Source of the DNA: Malacoraja senta
Lineage: Eukaryota
Length of the DNA: 64,000 nucleotides
Direction of reading: 5' to 3'
NCBI GenBank assembly: GCA_038087875.1
Contig: CM075988.1
Location: 2,170,001-2,234,000, forward strand
The first letter of the stretch is position 1, and each line of letters begins with the position of its first letter. Below, piece after piece: positions 24,871 to 38,429 of this stretch. Below the pieces are notes generated by a model, which ran no database searches, had not been told where the DNA came from, and saw only the letters and a list, made by a program, of their open reading frames with translations. The position numbers and the translations under genes were made by a program.

Positions 24871-26704
24871 TCTATATAATTAAAAGTGTCATCTTGACCA
24901 CTTCCTGTCTGCGCTGTATATTGATTTTGGAAAAAAACACTACCATATATCACTATAATTTTTGACCATCTTACTCACAGTCCTCCTCCGCTGAGCAGGC
25001 CCTGAGGATTTTTCCCATCGATGAAAAATAAAAAAGTTATGAGTGTTTAAAAAACCATGAGATCCTCTCGCCTGTCAATTGCTACAATGAAGGTAACGCC
25101 TCTTCTGGAGGGTGGGGCAGGACTATAAAACCCCGGATGCCTGGACATGACTCAGTCACTCTGCAAGATCATGAGGGAGAGGCCACGACTCTCATTCTAA
25201 CCTGTGAAGTTCTCAACTGAACTGTGAGTCTGCAATGTACTTGCAATAAATGATTTGTTAGCACTTAATGAAAATGCAATGAGCTGTTTGGCCTGCCCTG
25301 TGCTTGAAACTGCAATGGCAATGGAAATGAAATGAAAATGCAATCAGCTGTTTGGCCTGCCCTGTGCTTGAAACTGCAAAGACAATGGAAATGAAATGAA
25401 AATGCAATCAGCTGTTTGGCCTGCCCTGTGCTTGAAACTGCAAAGCAAATAGAAATTAAATGAAAATGCAATGACCTGTTTGGCCTGCCCTGTGCTTGAA
25501 ACTGCAATGGCAATGGAAATGAAATGACAATGCAATGAGGTGTTTGGCCTGCCCTGTGCTTGAAACTGCAATGGCAATGGAAATGAAATGACCATACAAT
25601 CAGCTGTTCGGCCCGCCCTGTGCTTGAAACTGCAATGGCAATGGAAGTGAAATGAAAATGAAATGAGCTGTTTGGTCTGCCCTGTGCTTGAAACTGCAAT
25701 GACAATGGATGTGAAATGAAACTGCAATGAGCTGTTTGGCCTGCCCTGTGCTTGAAACTGCAATGGAAATGGAAATGAAATAACAATGCAATGATCTGTT
25801 TATCCTGCCCTGTGCTTGAAACTGAAATGGAAATAGAAATGGAAATGAAATGAAAATGCTATGAGCTGTTTGGCCTGCCCTGTGCTTGAAACTGCAATGG
25901 AAATGGAAATGAAATGATAATGCAATGATCTGTTTGGCCTGCCCTGTGCTTGAAATTGAAATAGAAATGAAATGAAATGAGTTGTTTTGGCCTGCCTGAA
26001 ACAACTAATTTCGGCTCACAAGACTCCTATTAACCGAGAAACCAGTCCCTTTTGCCCAAAATGCCCCTATTAGCCCAGGAGGAGCATTTTAGCCCAAAAA
26101 CCGTGCCAGGCCAGGAAAAGTCCAGAAAAGGTGCCTTTCACTGAGACTTCACTGAGATTTATTTTTAAAGAGCCCCTTCATCCCATCAGGCCTGTACCAG
26201 CCCAGGAGGAGTCCCTTTGGCCCATCAGTTAATATTCCCCCTGCAAGTATTAAAACTAACCCCAGTATTTTTCTCCCTCCATTCATTGGCTCACTGTGAG
26301 ATCCAGGCCAGGATAGACTTTCCTCCTTCATTGCTGTGATCTGCAGAAAAAGAGATGAAAAATGTCTAAAATTGATTCTCCTCCCTCTCCCCTTCTCTCC
26401 CACAGAGCCTCTAACCTGTTTTGGGCAAAATTGCTGGCATTTTCTGAGCTGCCAGCCCACCAGGCCTGAGTGACTGAGCTGCCAGCCCACCAGGCCTGAG
26501 TGACTGAGCTTCCAGCCCAAGAATCCATTCGGCCACAATGTCAATACTATCCCTCTGGAAACCAGACCCTTCGGCTCACAACATCCATACTAGGGCTGCA
26601 GAAAGCCCCCCGCCCCCCTCTGGCCACCAAAGACATGGAATATTATGTTGGGGGACTAGCCATCCCATGTGAACATGGGACCCAAAGTGTCCCACTTAGT
26701 CTAG
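24871..26704 (+). mobile_element. Complete non-autonomous Helitron
   Basis: A|TCTATATAAT 5' end; 3' hairpin GGGAC..GTCCC then CTAG|T. No TSD. Removing it restores the flanking old CR1 (gtgctta|taatcttt). Confidence 0.92.
25265..26000 (+). repeat. About 64-bp minisatellite (about 11-12 copies) inside the Helitron
   Basis: Unit gcaatgagctgtttggcctgccctgtgcttgaaactgcaatggcaatggaaatgaaatgaaaat. Confidence 0.95.
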
Positions 26705-27016
26705 TAATCTTTAAACATTTCCTAGATTTTTGAAGATCTCAGTTGCCTGAAAAATTACATATAATTACACTGTTTTAGCATCACACATCTCGGAAACAGC
26801 CCCTTCAGCCCAACTTATCCATGCTGATCAGGATGCCCCATCTAAGCTTGTCTGATTTGCCCTATTTTGGCCAATATCCATCTTCAGGCAGAAAAGTGGA
26901 AAAATGTGGATGAGTGTGGTAATTAGCTGAATATTGGTCGTTGGGAAAATTGTGGAAACCATTAGTAAGGAATGGTAATAACACATTTCAAAGATCATAA
27001 TATAATTAGGGGCAGT

Positions 27017-27173
27017 ATTTAAGAAGGAACTGCAGATGCTGGAAAATCGAAGGTAGACAAAAATGCTGGAGAAACTCAGTCTGAAGAAGGGTTTCGGCCC
27101 GAAACGTTGCCTATTTCCTTTGCTCCATAGATGCTGCTGCACCCGCTGAGTTTCTCCAGCATTTTTGTCCACC
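27017..27173. mobile_element. Short inverted PLE terminal insertion with hammerhead-like motif
   Basis: Duplication ATATAATTAGGG(G/T)CAGT at 27000-27016 and 27174-27190; CTGAAGAAGGGTTTCGGCCCGAAACGTT at 27081. Confidence 0.85.
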
Positions 27174-27359
27174 ATATAATTAGGGTCAGTCCAGTGGATT
27201 CATGGAAATTAGTGTTTGGCAATGTTAGTCAACATCTTTGTTTCAAATGGCCAACTGAAGTCATGTGATGTTACAAATGGTCCCCCAGATTGAGGATAGA
27301 AACATGTATACGATTTAAAACCAATATTCAACCTAATATTGGTGAGGGTTTTATGTGCT

Positions 27360-27590
27360 AATGAGCAACGTTGTTCTGAAGATATCAGATTGAATCCCAC
27401 CAAGGGAGCTGAAGAATTAAAATTGAAGTAATTGCATACATCTGCCATGTTTACAAAAAAAAAGACTCAGTAACTGGCACTGTGAAATAACTAGATTGTA
27501 GTAAAAACATCTGGCTCGCTGATGCTCTGCCAATCTTACCCAGTCTGACCCAGGCCCACCAATGTGGTGAAGTTCTAACAGGTCCCTTCA
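27360..27590 (+). mobile_element. Old SINE of the second family
   Basis: gattgaatcccacc...aaaaacatctggctcgctgatg...aatgtggt; similar to 15520-15800. Confidence 0.55.
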
Positions 27591-27599
27591 TTCAGGATG

Positions 27600-28750
27600 G
27601 GACGACTAATCTCTGTATTGTTTGTCACACCACCAGGACCTTTGGGAGAATGGGGAAAAAGCTCGCTGTCGCTGCTGAAGGTGCAGCCACTCTTCACTTT
27701 TCCCACCCAGAAGGAACGTGTGACTATAGTGCACTATAGCTCATTGCATTGAGGGAGTGGGAAGCTGTCAACATTAAGGATCTGTTCTGGATCTGGACCA
27801 ACAAGCATCAGATGAAGGTGAAGTTGAGGATGGATCGCAAGGGTGCTGTCATATACCAACCCCCCCTCCCCCCCCCCCCCCCCCGTTCGGTGTTCGCTAT
27901 TGAAGAGAATCAAGGGTTTATGATAAACGCAGGACAGCCCAGAGTGTGTCTCAACTACACCAAACCTGGACACGGCAGCCTTGCAGCGCAGTCATCTGCA
28001 AGAACTCCAAGCAGGAAGGCCATCAGACCAAAGACTGCAAAGAAAGTAAGAGCTGCAACCTGTGTGGGGAAGCAGGCCACCTTTACAGGGTCTGCCCTAA
28101 ACAAGCCAGCATCCACGTGCTGGCGATAAGAGGGCCTGTTGTCAATGACAGCATCAAGGATGTCCATACAACCCCTGCCATCACCGAGACCCCAGCAGAA
28201 ACCAAGACCAGGAGTAAGGAGTGTCCGACTTCCTCAAGGTCCTAAAGTCCAGACAGGGACCCCACACCCCACTCCAGGATGGAAGTTGATGAAAGAGGGA
28301 GTTGGGGAAATAACACGGGGTGTGGCAGACGGTGGTAAAGAGAAAAAAGCTACAGAAGATGCGAACAAAGAAACAAAGGGCAGATAAGAAAAATAGCACT
28401 GGGGAAAATAGAATCCTGTCAGACTGACGCCAGCAACCTCTCTTCATCAGAGGATGAATCTAATTCAAGAAACCAACAACGTATGCAGTGGAAGAGGAAA
28501 AATGCAGGAAGAGAAAGAGGTCAGGAAGAAAAAAGACAGCTAATTGACAGGCATGAGCGAGGGGATAAATATGCCTATAGCACCCCAGCTCCAGGAGACT
28601 GGGAGACCGGGAGCAGTGAATCACCCAGCGCATCCCAGCTCCGGGAGACTGAGAGCAGTGAATCACCCATTGCTTCTGTTCCTTTTTATTCAGCACTTTA
28701 GGAATACCTTCTTCATCAGAATGCCACTCATTAATATTCATCATGTAGAA
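27600..28750 (+). pseudogene. L1/Tx1-type ORF1 (ZCCHC3-like zinc-knuckle) fragment, frameshifted
   Basis: IWTNKHQMKVKLR...GQPRVC..KPGH; CKNSKQEGHQTKDC and CNLCGEAGHLYRVC CCHC knuckles. Confidence 0.8.
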
Positions 28751-29093
28751 GGAGGTGGATGATGGTGAGATCAGGGAGGGATAGTCTAGGACATGTCAGT
28801 GTTAAGAAGGGCGAGGCGTTGGATCTCCAGAAAAACATTCCAGTGGATAAGCCTCCAGGGAGGTAAGGGAGAAGATTTCTGGGTTTTGACCAACATCTTT
28901 GTATCCGCTTTGTACTTGAGTGAATAGACAATGGCCAATGTTGCTTCTTTATTTAATAAAGGCAACAGAGACAACCGAGGAATTGATAGGTTGGTGGGTG
29001 TTATACAGTAGGCAAATGACCAGAAAAGATTCTTAGGGACAGGATTTACTCTCATTTGAAAAAGAGTGAGCTTATTAGGAAAAGTCCATGTGG

Positions 29094-30597
29094 CTCCCAT
29101 TGCGACGTAGAACACACAGGTATCACTGCGCAGGCGCAGCTGACGGGCACGGCAGGTGGAAAAGGGATTTATTTAAGCTTAAAATGTGAATAACTCTTAA
29201 AATATAACAACAATTTAAACGTTAAAGATGAGATTTATTCAGTCCATTCTTTCATGTTGCGTCTCTTGTTGTGTTCTGCAGCCGGGGATGGCTTCAGGTG
29301 GGTGGAGCGTCCTGCGGCCGGGGGAGGAGCGTGGCTTCAGGCGGGGCTGTCGGGGGGCAGTGGGGGGCGGGGGGGGGAGAGCGTCCTGCAGCTAGGGAGG
29401 GGGACGGCTTCAGGCAGGGCCTGTCGGGGGCCGGTGGGGAGGGGGGGAGCGCTGCCGTGGCTTAACGCTGCCGTGGCCTACCGCTGCCATAGCCTACTGC
29501 TGCCTACCCCTGCTGCTGCCTACCCCTACCGTGGCCTACCGCTGCTGCAGCCGACCGCTGCCGATCCCTGCTGCTGCCTACCACTGCCGCTGCCTATCGC
29601 TGCCGTGGCCTACCGCTGCTGCTGCCGCTCCCCACTGGTTTCAGGCGGGGACCAGTTGGGAGCATCCTGCAGCTGGGGACGCGAAGGCTTCAGGCAGGGG
29701 GCGGTTGGGTTCGAGCGTCCCTGCAGCAGGAGGAGGGGGACGGCTTCAGGTGGGTGCTGTCGGGGGCTGGTGGGGGAGGGAGGAGTGTCCTGCAGCCAGA
29801 GCAGGGGCACAGCATCAGGCAGGGGCTACCATGGCCTATCAATGTCGTGGCCCACTGCTGCCATGGCTGTGGCCTGTGGGCGGGGGGTATGTGTTGGCGG
29901 GAGGGAGGGAGTGAGGGGGTGGGCGGGGGGGGGGGGGAGGAAGGGGGTGGGCGGTGGATGTGTGGGTGGTGGGGTGTGTGTGGGTGGGGTAAGTGGGGGG
30001 TCTGCGCGGGGTGGAGAGAGCACGGAGAAACGACGGGGTTGTGGCGGAGAGGGGGGTATCACGGGGAGGGGGGCAGGAGCCAGCGAGGGGGACCAGAAGG
30101 GGAGGGGAAGGGGCTGGAGCTGATGGTGCGATGGGGTCTCACAGTGGTCGATGGTCGTTCTCCTCCGCTGGGATCAGATTTTCCGCTTTCTGTTTGACGA
30201 CTTTTCTTGTGCCGGCTGGGCCGTTTGTGGTCCCTCCACAAATTGGGTCTGGTTGGAAACCTCCGCCGGCCATCCTCAGCTCCAGTAAAGACGCGATGGC
30301 GCAGGAAGGGGCGGACCGTCAGGACAGGAAACAGGAGAAAAGCCAATCCATGCGGCTTGAATGGCAGGAGAGGAGATCGATCTGCGCACTTGCAGTTTTT
30401 AAGATTAAAAATTTTTTTAAACCTCACTAACTTTTACATTAGACCACCGATTCGAACGAAACTTGGTGCAATCGCAACATAGGAGAACGGTGAGAAAGCT
30501 GGCAAAAATCGTAGCGCTATCGCGTACGATTTTTGTGCAAATAGAATGACCGCGCAAACCGGAAGATAACAAGATCAGAGCTTTAGTTATGTATAGA
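29094..30597 (-). mobile_element. Non-autonomous Helitron, 3'-truncated
   Basis: Minus-strand A|TCTATACATAACTAAAGCTCTGATCTTG 5' end. 29094-29270 matches 8370-8470 plus 9166-9250. Shares the GC-rich repeat. Confidence 0.85.
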
Positions 30598-30772
30598 TTC
30601 GAAAAGATCCATCATGGCAGGCGGATCCAAAAGAATTAGTCTCATGGGATCCATTGTTATTTGGTAAATTGGATACAAAATTGGCCTGGTCATGGAGGAC
30701 AAAGTGGTGCAGGGTGGTTTTTTGACTGGAGGTCTGTGATCAGTGATGTTCTGCATTATTAGAGCTTGGACC

Positions 30773-31237
30773 TTCAAGATTCAAGATTCAAGAGAGTTTA
30801 TTGTCATGTGTCCCAGATAGGACAATGAAATTCTTGCTTTGCTTCAGCACAACAGAATTATAGAAGGCATCAATACAGAACAGATCAGTGTGTCCATATA
30901 CCATTGTATAAATATATACACACATGAATAAATAAAACAGATAAAGTGCAAATAAAAAGATAATGGGATATTAATGTTCAGAGTTTTGTTTGAGTTGAGT
31001 TCAATAGCCTGATGGCTGTGGGGAAGAAGTTGTTTCTGAACCTGGACGTTGCAGTCTTCAGGCTCCTGTACCTTCTACCTGAAGGTAGCGGGGAGATGAG
31101 TGTGTGGCCAGGATGGTGTGGGTCCTTGATGATGCTGCCAGCCTTGTTGAGGCAGCGACTGCGATAGATCCCCTCGATGGTAGGGAGGTCAGAGCCGATG
31201 ATGGATGGGCAGTGGTTACTACTTTTTGTGGTCTTTG
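30773..31237 (-). mobile_element. Rex1/Babar LINE 3' end
   Basis: Highly similar to 32222-32500; 3' stem-loop and (TCTTGAA)n tail. Confidence 0.88.
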
Positions 31238-31651
31238 TGATATATATTTATACTTACATATAAAAATTATGTGGATAGAAATAGAGGTAGTCAGATTGCT
31301 ATAATATGTTTGCAGACAATAGGAAAATGAATGGAATTGTGAATAGTTAGGAAGGTTGTCAAGGATAATGCTGCATATGGATCAATTGGAAATTTGGGCA
31401 GTGAAATGGCAAGTCGTTTAATCTGGAAAAGTGTGAGATGTTGAAGTTTGAGAGGTTAAATCCAAGAGGAACGTATCAGTAAATGGCCAGTGAGAAGAAC
31501 TGATTTACAGACGGATATTGGGGTGAAAGTCCCTAGCTCCCTGAAATTGGCAGCGCAAGTTGCTAGAGTGATGAAGATGGTGTACGGCATGCTTGGGTCC
31601 TTCTGGGTATAAAAGTCAGGAAGTCATGTTGCAGCTGTATTAAACTTTAGT

Positions 31652-31780
31652 TTGTTTAAGAAGGAACTGCAGATGCTGGAAAATCGAATGTAGACAAAAA
31701 TGCTGGAGAAACTCAGCGGGTGAGGCAGCATCTATGGAGTGAAGGAAATCGGCAACGTTTCGGATCAAAACCCTTCTTCA
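31652..31780 (-). mobile_element. Short PLE terminal insertion
   Basis: tttaagaaggaactgcagatgctggaaaatcg...aaacccttcttca, as at 27017. Confidence 0.8.
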
Positions 31781-32219
31781 ATCTGTAAGAAGTATATAAA
31801 ATTATGCAAGGCATGGATAGTATGGACGGTTATAGTCTTTATTTTAGGGTGTGAATGTCAAATACTGAGTGGCGTAGATATATGGTGGGAGGAAGAAAAT
31901 TTAAAGGAGATATGTGAGGCAGTTCTTTTTACACAAGGAGTGATGGGTGTCGGGAATGTGCTACCAGGCTTGGTTGTGGAAGCAGATATGATAGCAATGT
32001 TGGTGGCATTTAGAGAGACACGTGGACGTGCAGAGAATAGAGGGATATGGCAGAACAGGCAGATGGGATTAGTAAAATTATAGAAAGCGCAGATATGATG
32101 GGCCGAATGGCCTGTTCTAAGGATTCCACTGGTTCAATATGTTTCACTGCATTCTCAAAGGCAATTAGGGATGTAAAATAAATGTTTGCTTTTCCACACT
32201 ATGCACACCCCAATAAATT

Positions 32220-33790
32220 CAATGGGCTATTAATGTTCAGAGTTTTGTCCTAGCCAAGTTTAATAGCCTGATGGCTGTGGGGAAGTAGCTATTCCTGAAC
32301 CTGGTCGTTGCAGTCTTCAGGCTCCTGTACCTTTTACCTGAAGGTAGCGGGGAGATGAGTGTGTGGCCAGGATGGTGTGGGTCCTTGATGATACTGCCAG
32401 CCGTTTTGAGGCAGCCATTGCGATAGATCCCCTCGATGGAAGGGAGGTCAATGCAGATGATGGACTGGGCAGTGTTTACTACTTTTTGTAGTCTTTTCCG
32501 CTCCAGGGAGCTCAAGTTGCCGAACCAAGCCACGATGCAACCGGTCAGCATGCTCTCTACTGTGCACCTGTAGAAGTTTGAGAGAGTCCTCCTTGATAAA
32601 CCGACTCTCCGTAATCTTCTCAGGAAGTAGAGGCGCTGATGTGCTTTCTTAATAATTGCATCAGTGTTCTCGGACCAGGAAAGATCTTCAGAGATGTGCA
32701 CGCCCAGGAATGTGAAGCTCTTGACCCTTTCAACCATCGACCCGTTAATATAAACGGGACTGTGGGTCCCCATCCTACTCCTTCCAAAGTCCACAATCAG
32801 TTCCTTGGTTTTGCTGGTGTTGAGGGCCAGGTTATTGTGCTGGCACCATATGGACAGTCACTCGATCTCTCTTCTATACTCTGACTCATCCCCATCAGTG
32901 ATACATCCCACAACGGTGGTGTCATCAGCGAACTTGATGATGAAGTTCGCACTATGACCGGCTATGCAGTCATGAGTATAGAGTGAGTACAGCAGGGGGC
33001 TGAGCACGCAGCCTTGAGGTGCTCCCGTGCTGATTGTTATCGAGGCTGACACATTTCCACCAATACGAACAGACTGTGGTCTGTGAATGAGGAAGTCGAG
33101 GATCCAATTGCAGAGGGATGCGCAGAGACCCATTTCTGCGAGCTTGGTAACCAGCTTGGAGGGGATGATTGTATTAAATGCCGAGCTGTAATCAATGAAT
33201 AACAGCATGACATATGAGTTTTTGTTGTCCAAGTGGTCCAGAGCGGAGTTGAGGGCCAGCGAGATCGCATCCACCGTTGATCTGTTGTGGCGGTAAGCGA
33301 ACTGCAGTGGGTCCAGGTTTTTGTCGAGGTAGGAGTTGATTTGCGCCATGATCAACCTCTCAAAGCACTTCATCACCACAGACGTTAGTGCCACTGGTCG
33401 ATAGTCATTGAGGCACGTCACCTTGCTCTTCTTGGGCACTGGTATAATTGATGCCCTTTTAAAGCAGGTGGGAACCTCAGACCTCAGAAGTGAGAGGTTG
33501 AAAATGTCCGTAAAAACTCCAGCCAGTTGGTCCGCACAGGTTTTTAGAACACGACCGGGTATACCATCAGGTCCAGGCGCTTTTCGAGGGTTCACCCCTC
33601 TGAAGGATTTCCTGACGTTGGCCTCTGTGACTGAGACTGAAATACCATCACAGCGAATGGGGGCGCGGGAAGGCACATCAGTGTTCTCCCTATCAAAGCG
33701 TGCGTAAAATGCATTGAGCTCGTCAGGGAGTGATGTTTCGCCGACATTCGAGCTGCCTCCTGATTTCGCCTTGTTGGTAGTTCGAGCTGC
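32220..33790 (-). mobile_element. Rex1/Babar LINE RT region (ORFs 32858-33676 and 32237-32794, broken by a stop)
   Basis: [77 protein letters not shown]. Confidence 0.95.
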
Positions 33791-34075
33791 CTCATATTTC
33801 GCTTGGGTAGTTTACACCCCAGCTGTATGAACACTGACTAACCTCAGATAGCCCTTTCTCTCTCCTTCCCCTTCCCAGTTCTTGCACTAGTCATATTGTC
33901 TCCGCCTACATTCTATCTTTGTACCGCCCCCTCCCCTGACATCAGTCTGAAGAAGGGTCTCGATCTGAAACGTCGCCCATTCCTTCTCTCCATAGATGTG
34001 GCCGCACTCGCTGAGTTACTTCAGCATTTTATACCTACCGATTTTACCAGCATCTGCAGTTCTTTCTTACACACT
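33790..34075 (+). mobile_element. PLE 3' end
   Basis: [14 protein letters not shown] followed by the terminal repeat with CTGAAGA..GAAACGTC at 33947. Confidence 0.85.
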
Positions 34076-34997
34076 GACCATTTCCATGTTTTTCTGACCC
34101 AATTTAAGACTTCTAGCATCAGTAGTGTTCGTATTTTTTAAACATGAAAACAGCATACATTTATCTAAAATTGGATATCAGAGAGAAATGGAAGTGTGAA
34201 TTCATGAAGGGATTTGGAAGCAATGATCAGGTTGTCGGGGTCAAAGTGGATCAGTGAGCATAAGGAGTCGGGGATTAGGCAGCAGACTTTTCAATTGGTT
34301 TGAATATATGGGAATGAAAATGGAGAACTGGTCTAGGTAGCAAAAGCTTATATAAAGTTAACGGGTTGGTGAGAGGCCGGTGAGGTCTGATATTACAAAG
34401 ATCAAAGCAGCCCACCTTTATGATGAAGTGGAAGTGGGGTCGGTGGCTTGTTTGAATAGAGAGTCGGAGTTTGGAACTTGGAACTGAAGTAGGCCATTCA
34501 GCCCTTTGAGTCTAATCTACTATTCATTAAGATCATATCTGATTACTCACTTTCACATACCTGTATTTTCCCATATGTGTTCATCTTTTTGGTTAACATA
34601 CATGTCCATCTCACACTGTCATTAACTACCATTTGCAGATGAGAGTTATAAATACGTTCTATGTTTTGGGTGTATCAATTTACATCTGAGAAGTTTCTAC
34701 ATTTTTGACAATTTCCATTGCTGGACTCCACAACCCATGAAAATATTGATGGGGAAACCGTCAGTTCCTCGTGGTTTTCTGAAATCTTTGATCATTCCTT
34801 AAACTCTTAATACAAATCCTGAGGCTATCCCAGATAATTCTATCTATTTTGTCCAGATTTTTGGTCATCTAACTTAATATTTTACTTTTAATTTGGGATT
34901 TTTATTTTGAGAATGTAATTTTTGAAGCCCGGCGACGTTTTTACAATTATATAAGTAAAGGTGCTTGTTGTGGACTGATGATCTTAATCATATGGGA

Positions 34998-36626
34998 GGT
35001 AGACAAAAATGCTGGAGAAACTCAGCGGGTGAGGCAGCATCTATGGAGCGAAGGAATAGGTGAAGTTTCGGGTCGAGACCTTCTTCAGACTGATGTGGGG
35101 GTGGGGGGGCGGGAAGAGGAAAGGAAGAGGCGGAGACAGTGGGCTCTACCCAAGCAAAATATGAGGTGCTGCTTCTCCAATTTGTGGTGGGACTCACTCT
35201 GGCCATGGAGGAGGCCCAGGACAGAAAGGTCGGATTCGGAATGGGATGGAGGTGTTGGGCGAAGCCATCGCCAAGCCTGCGCTTCGTCTCACTGATGTAG
35301 AGCAGTTGGCACCTAGTTGGCACCTAGAACAGCGGATGCAATAGATGAGGTTGGAGGAGGTGCAGGTGAACCTCTGCATCTCCTCCAACCTCATCTATTG
35401 CATTCGCTGTTCAAGGTGCCAACTGCTCTACATCGGTGAGACCAAGCACAGGCTTGGCGATCGCATCGCCCAACACCTCCGCTTAGTTCGCATTAACCAA
35501 CCTGATCTCCCGGTGGCTCAGCACTTCAACTCCCCCTCCCATTCCAAATCTGACAGGCAGCATCTCTAGAAAGAAGGAAAGGGTGATGTTTTAGATCAGG
35601 ACCCCTCTTCAGAATAGAGTCAGGGGAAAGGGAAACAAGAGATATAGATGGTGATGTGGAGAGATATACTGTTGAACAAATAAATGAAAGATATGCAAAA
35701 AAGTAACGATAATAAAGGAAGCAGGCCAATGTTAGCTGTTTGCTAGGTGAGAACGAGAAGCTGGTAAGACTTGGGTGGGGGAGGGATGGAGAGAAAGGGA
35801 ATGCAGGGGTTACTTGATGTTAAAGAAATCAATAAAGAAGGATCTCGACTTGAAATGTCACCCATTCCTTCTCTCCAGAGATGCTGCCTGCCCCGCTGAG
35901 TTACACCAGCATTTTGTGTCTATCTTCAATATTCATACCACTGGGTTGTAAGCTGCCCAAGCGTTATATGAGATGCTGTTCCTCTAATTTGCATTTAGCC
36001 TCACTTTGACAATGATGGATGCCTAGGACAGATAGGTCAGTGTGGGAATGGGAATTTAAGTGTTTGGCAACCACGAGATTAGGTAGGTCCAGGTGGACTG
36101 AGCAAAGGTGTTCAGCGAAACAATCGCCAATCTACGTTTGGTCTCGCCGATGTATAAGAGTCCACATCTTGAACAACGGATACAGTAAATGAGGTTGGAG
36201 GAGCTGCAAGGGAACCTCTGCCTAACCTGAAAAGACTGTCGGGGTCCCTGGACAGAGTCGCGGAAGGAGGTACAGGGACAGGTGTTGCATCTCCTGCGGT
36301 TGCAGGGGAAGGTACCTGGGGAAAGGGTGGTCTGGGATGAGTTAACCAGGGAGTTGCGGAGGGAACGGGCTCCGTAGAAGGCGGAAAGGGATAGAGATGG
36401 GAAGATGTGACTAGTGGTGAGATCCCATTGAAGGTGGCGAAAATGTTGGAGGAATATGTGTTGTATGCGACGGCTGATAGGGTGAAAGGTAAGGACTAGC
36501 GGGACTCTGTCCCTGTTGCGACTAGGGGGAGGGGTCGCAAGGGCTGAGCTGCAGGGTACTGAGGAGACATGTGTGAGGGCCTCAACCATGATGGAAGAGA
36601 GGAATCCCCATTCCCTAAAGAATGAG
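34998..36626. mobile_element. Cluster of PLE fragments in alternating orientation (GIY-YIG region)
   Basis: Several NLIYCIRCSRC..YIGETK copies; fold-back junction at about 35345-35400; ORF 36056-36589 (-). Confidence 0.9.
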
Positions 36627-36685
36627 CTTGGAAAATCTCGTGATGGGCCTGATGTGCCCCGCGGGCCATATTTTGGAGACTCCTG
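36627..36685 (-). mobile_element. hAT (Charlie-like) terminal fragment
   Basis: Minus strand starts CAGGAGTCTCCAAAATATGGCCCGCGGG, a typical CAGGGGTCTCCAAA..GGCCCGCGGG end. Confidence 0.65.
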
Positions 36686-36919
36686 CCTTACAAGAACAAA
36701 AACAAAAATGTACAGAAGTATAAAAATTGATGACTTTATTATTGTGGTAAGTATAGATCTATTAAAAAAAATCTAATAACGTTCTAATGTACCGACAAAC
36801 CTAATTTCCCAATGATCGTTGATGGGGGAACAGAAAATAACATTTTCAGGACAGAATAACATCGACAGCAAACAATAATATTTCAGGACGCAATAACATC
36901 GACAGCAAACAATAATATT

Positions 36920-38412
36920 AAATAGGGTCTCAAAGCCCTCCGTTTCTTCCTCGACCGGAGAATCAACCAATCTCCGTCTACAGATACTCTCCTCCGCCTA
37001 GCGGAGCTGGTCCTTACCCGTAATAACTTTTCGTTTGACTCCTCCCATTTCCTCCAAATACAAGGCGTAGCTATGGGCACGCGCATGGGCCCCAGCTATG
37101 CCTGCCTCTTTGTAGGGTACGTCGAACAATCCTTGTTCGAGACGTATCAGGGCTCCATCCCCGACCTCTACCTCCGCTACATCGATGACTGCATTGGTGC
37201 TACCTCCTGCACGCACACACAACTCACTGACTTCATCCATTTCACCACTAACTTCCATCCGGCACTCAAATACACCTGGACCATTTCCGACACTTCCCTA
37301 CCATTTCTTGACCTCACTATCTCCATCGCAGGTGATAGACTTCTGACCGACATCCACTATAAACCCACTGACTCCCATGGCTATCTAGACTACACTTCTT
37401 CCTACCCTGCTTCCTGTAAGGATTCCATCCCCTACTCCCAATTCCTCCGTCTACGCCGCATCTGCTTCCAGGATGAGGTGTTCCACACCAGGGCAAAGGA
37501 GATGTCCTCATTCTTCAGGGAACGGGGGTTCCCCTCCCCTACTATAGATGAGGCTCTCACTAGGGTTTCTTCCATACCCCGTAACACTGCTCTCTCTCCC
37601 CATCCCCTCACTCGTAACAAGGGCAGAGTCCCCCTAGTCCTCACCTTCCACCCTATTAATCGTCACATACAACAGATAATCCTTCATCATTTTCGCCACC
37701 TCCAACGTTACCCCACCACTCGCCACATCTTCCCATCTCCTCCCCTGTCTGCTTTCCGCAAAGACCGCTCCCTCCGTAATTCCCTGGTCAATTCGTCCCT
37801 TCCCTCCCGTACCACACCCTCCCGGGCACTTTCCCTTGCAACCGCAAGAAATGCTACACTTGTCGCTTTACCTCCCCCCTCGACTCCATTCAAGGACCCA
37901 AGCAGTCGTTCCAGGTGCGACAGAGGTTCACCTGCACCTCCTCCAACCTCATCTATTGCATCCGCTGCTCTAGATGTCAGCTGATCTACATCGGTGAGAC
38001 CGGTGATCGCTTTGCCGAACACCTCCGCTCGGTCCGCAATAAACAACCTGATCTCAGCACTTCAACTCCCCCTCCCATTCTGAATCCGACTTTTCTGTCC
38101 TGGGCCTCCTCCATGGCCAGAGTGAGGACCACCGGAAATTGGAGGAGCAGCACCTCATATTTCGCTTGGACAGTTTATACCCCAGCGGCATGAACATTGA
38201 CCTCCAATTTCAGGTGGCCCTCACTGTCTCCTCCCCTTCTCAGCTCTCCCTCAGCCCTCTGGCTCCTCCTTTTCATTTCTTCTTCCCGCCCCACACCCCC
38301 CCCCCCCACCCTACATCAGTCTGAAGAAGGGTTTTGGCCCGAAACGTTGCCTATTTCCTTCGCTTCATAGATGCTGCCTCACCCGTTGAGTGTCTCCAGC
38401 ACTTTTGTCTAC
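36920..38412 (+). mobile_element. 5'-truncated Penelope-like element (RT, GIY-YIG and terminal repeat)
   Basis: GVAMGTRMGPSYACLF, YLRYIDD, FLDL, YKPTD, SIPYSQFLRLRRIC; frameshifted GIY-YIG; flanking duplication CAATAATATT (36910-36919, 38413-38422). Confidence 0.95.
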
Positions 38413-38429
38413 CAATAATATTTCCTCAC

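Larger units (their letters stand above)
28760..32120 (+). mobile_element. Old CR1 LINE interrupted by a Helitron, a Rex1 3' end and a PLE
   Basis: ANVASLFNKG..DNRGI, MFADNRKMNG, FNLEKCEML and FTQGVMGVGNVLP in collinear order across the insertions. Confidence 0.75.

Noticed and set aside
25265..26000. CRISPR-like array (constant core with variable interval)
   Set aside because: The intervals are all variants of the same GAAAT/GCAAT sequence, there are no cas genes, and the array lies inside a eukaryotic Helitron.
27749..28245. Host ZCCHC3 gene
   Set aside because: Frameshifted, with degenerate knuckles and a TE context; better explained as an L1/Tx1 ORF1 fossil.
29254..30482. Long G/A/P/R-rich ORFs (also 2063-3065, 10585-11174, 11605-12574, 38390-39107, 40164-41122)
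   Set aside because: Stop-poor GC-rich repeats or CpG island; overlapping frames on both strands; no domain motifs.
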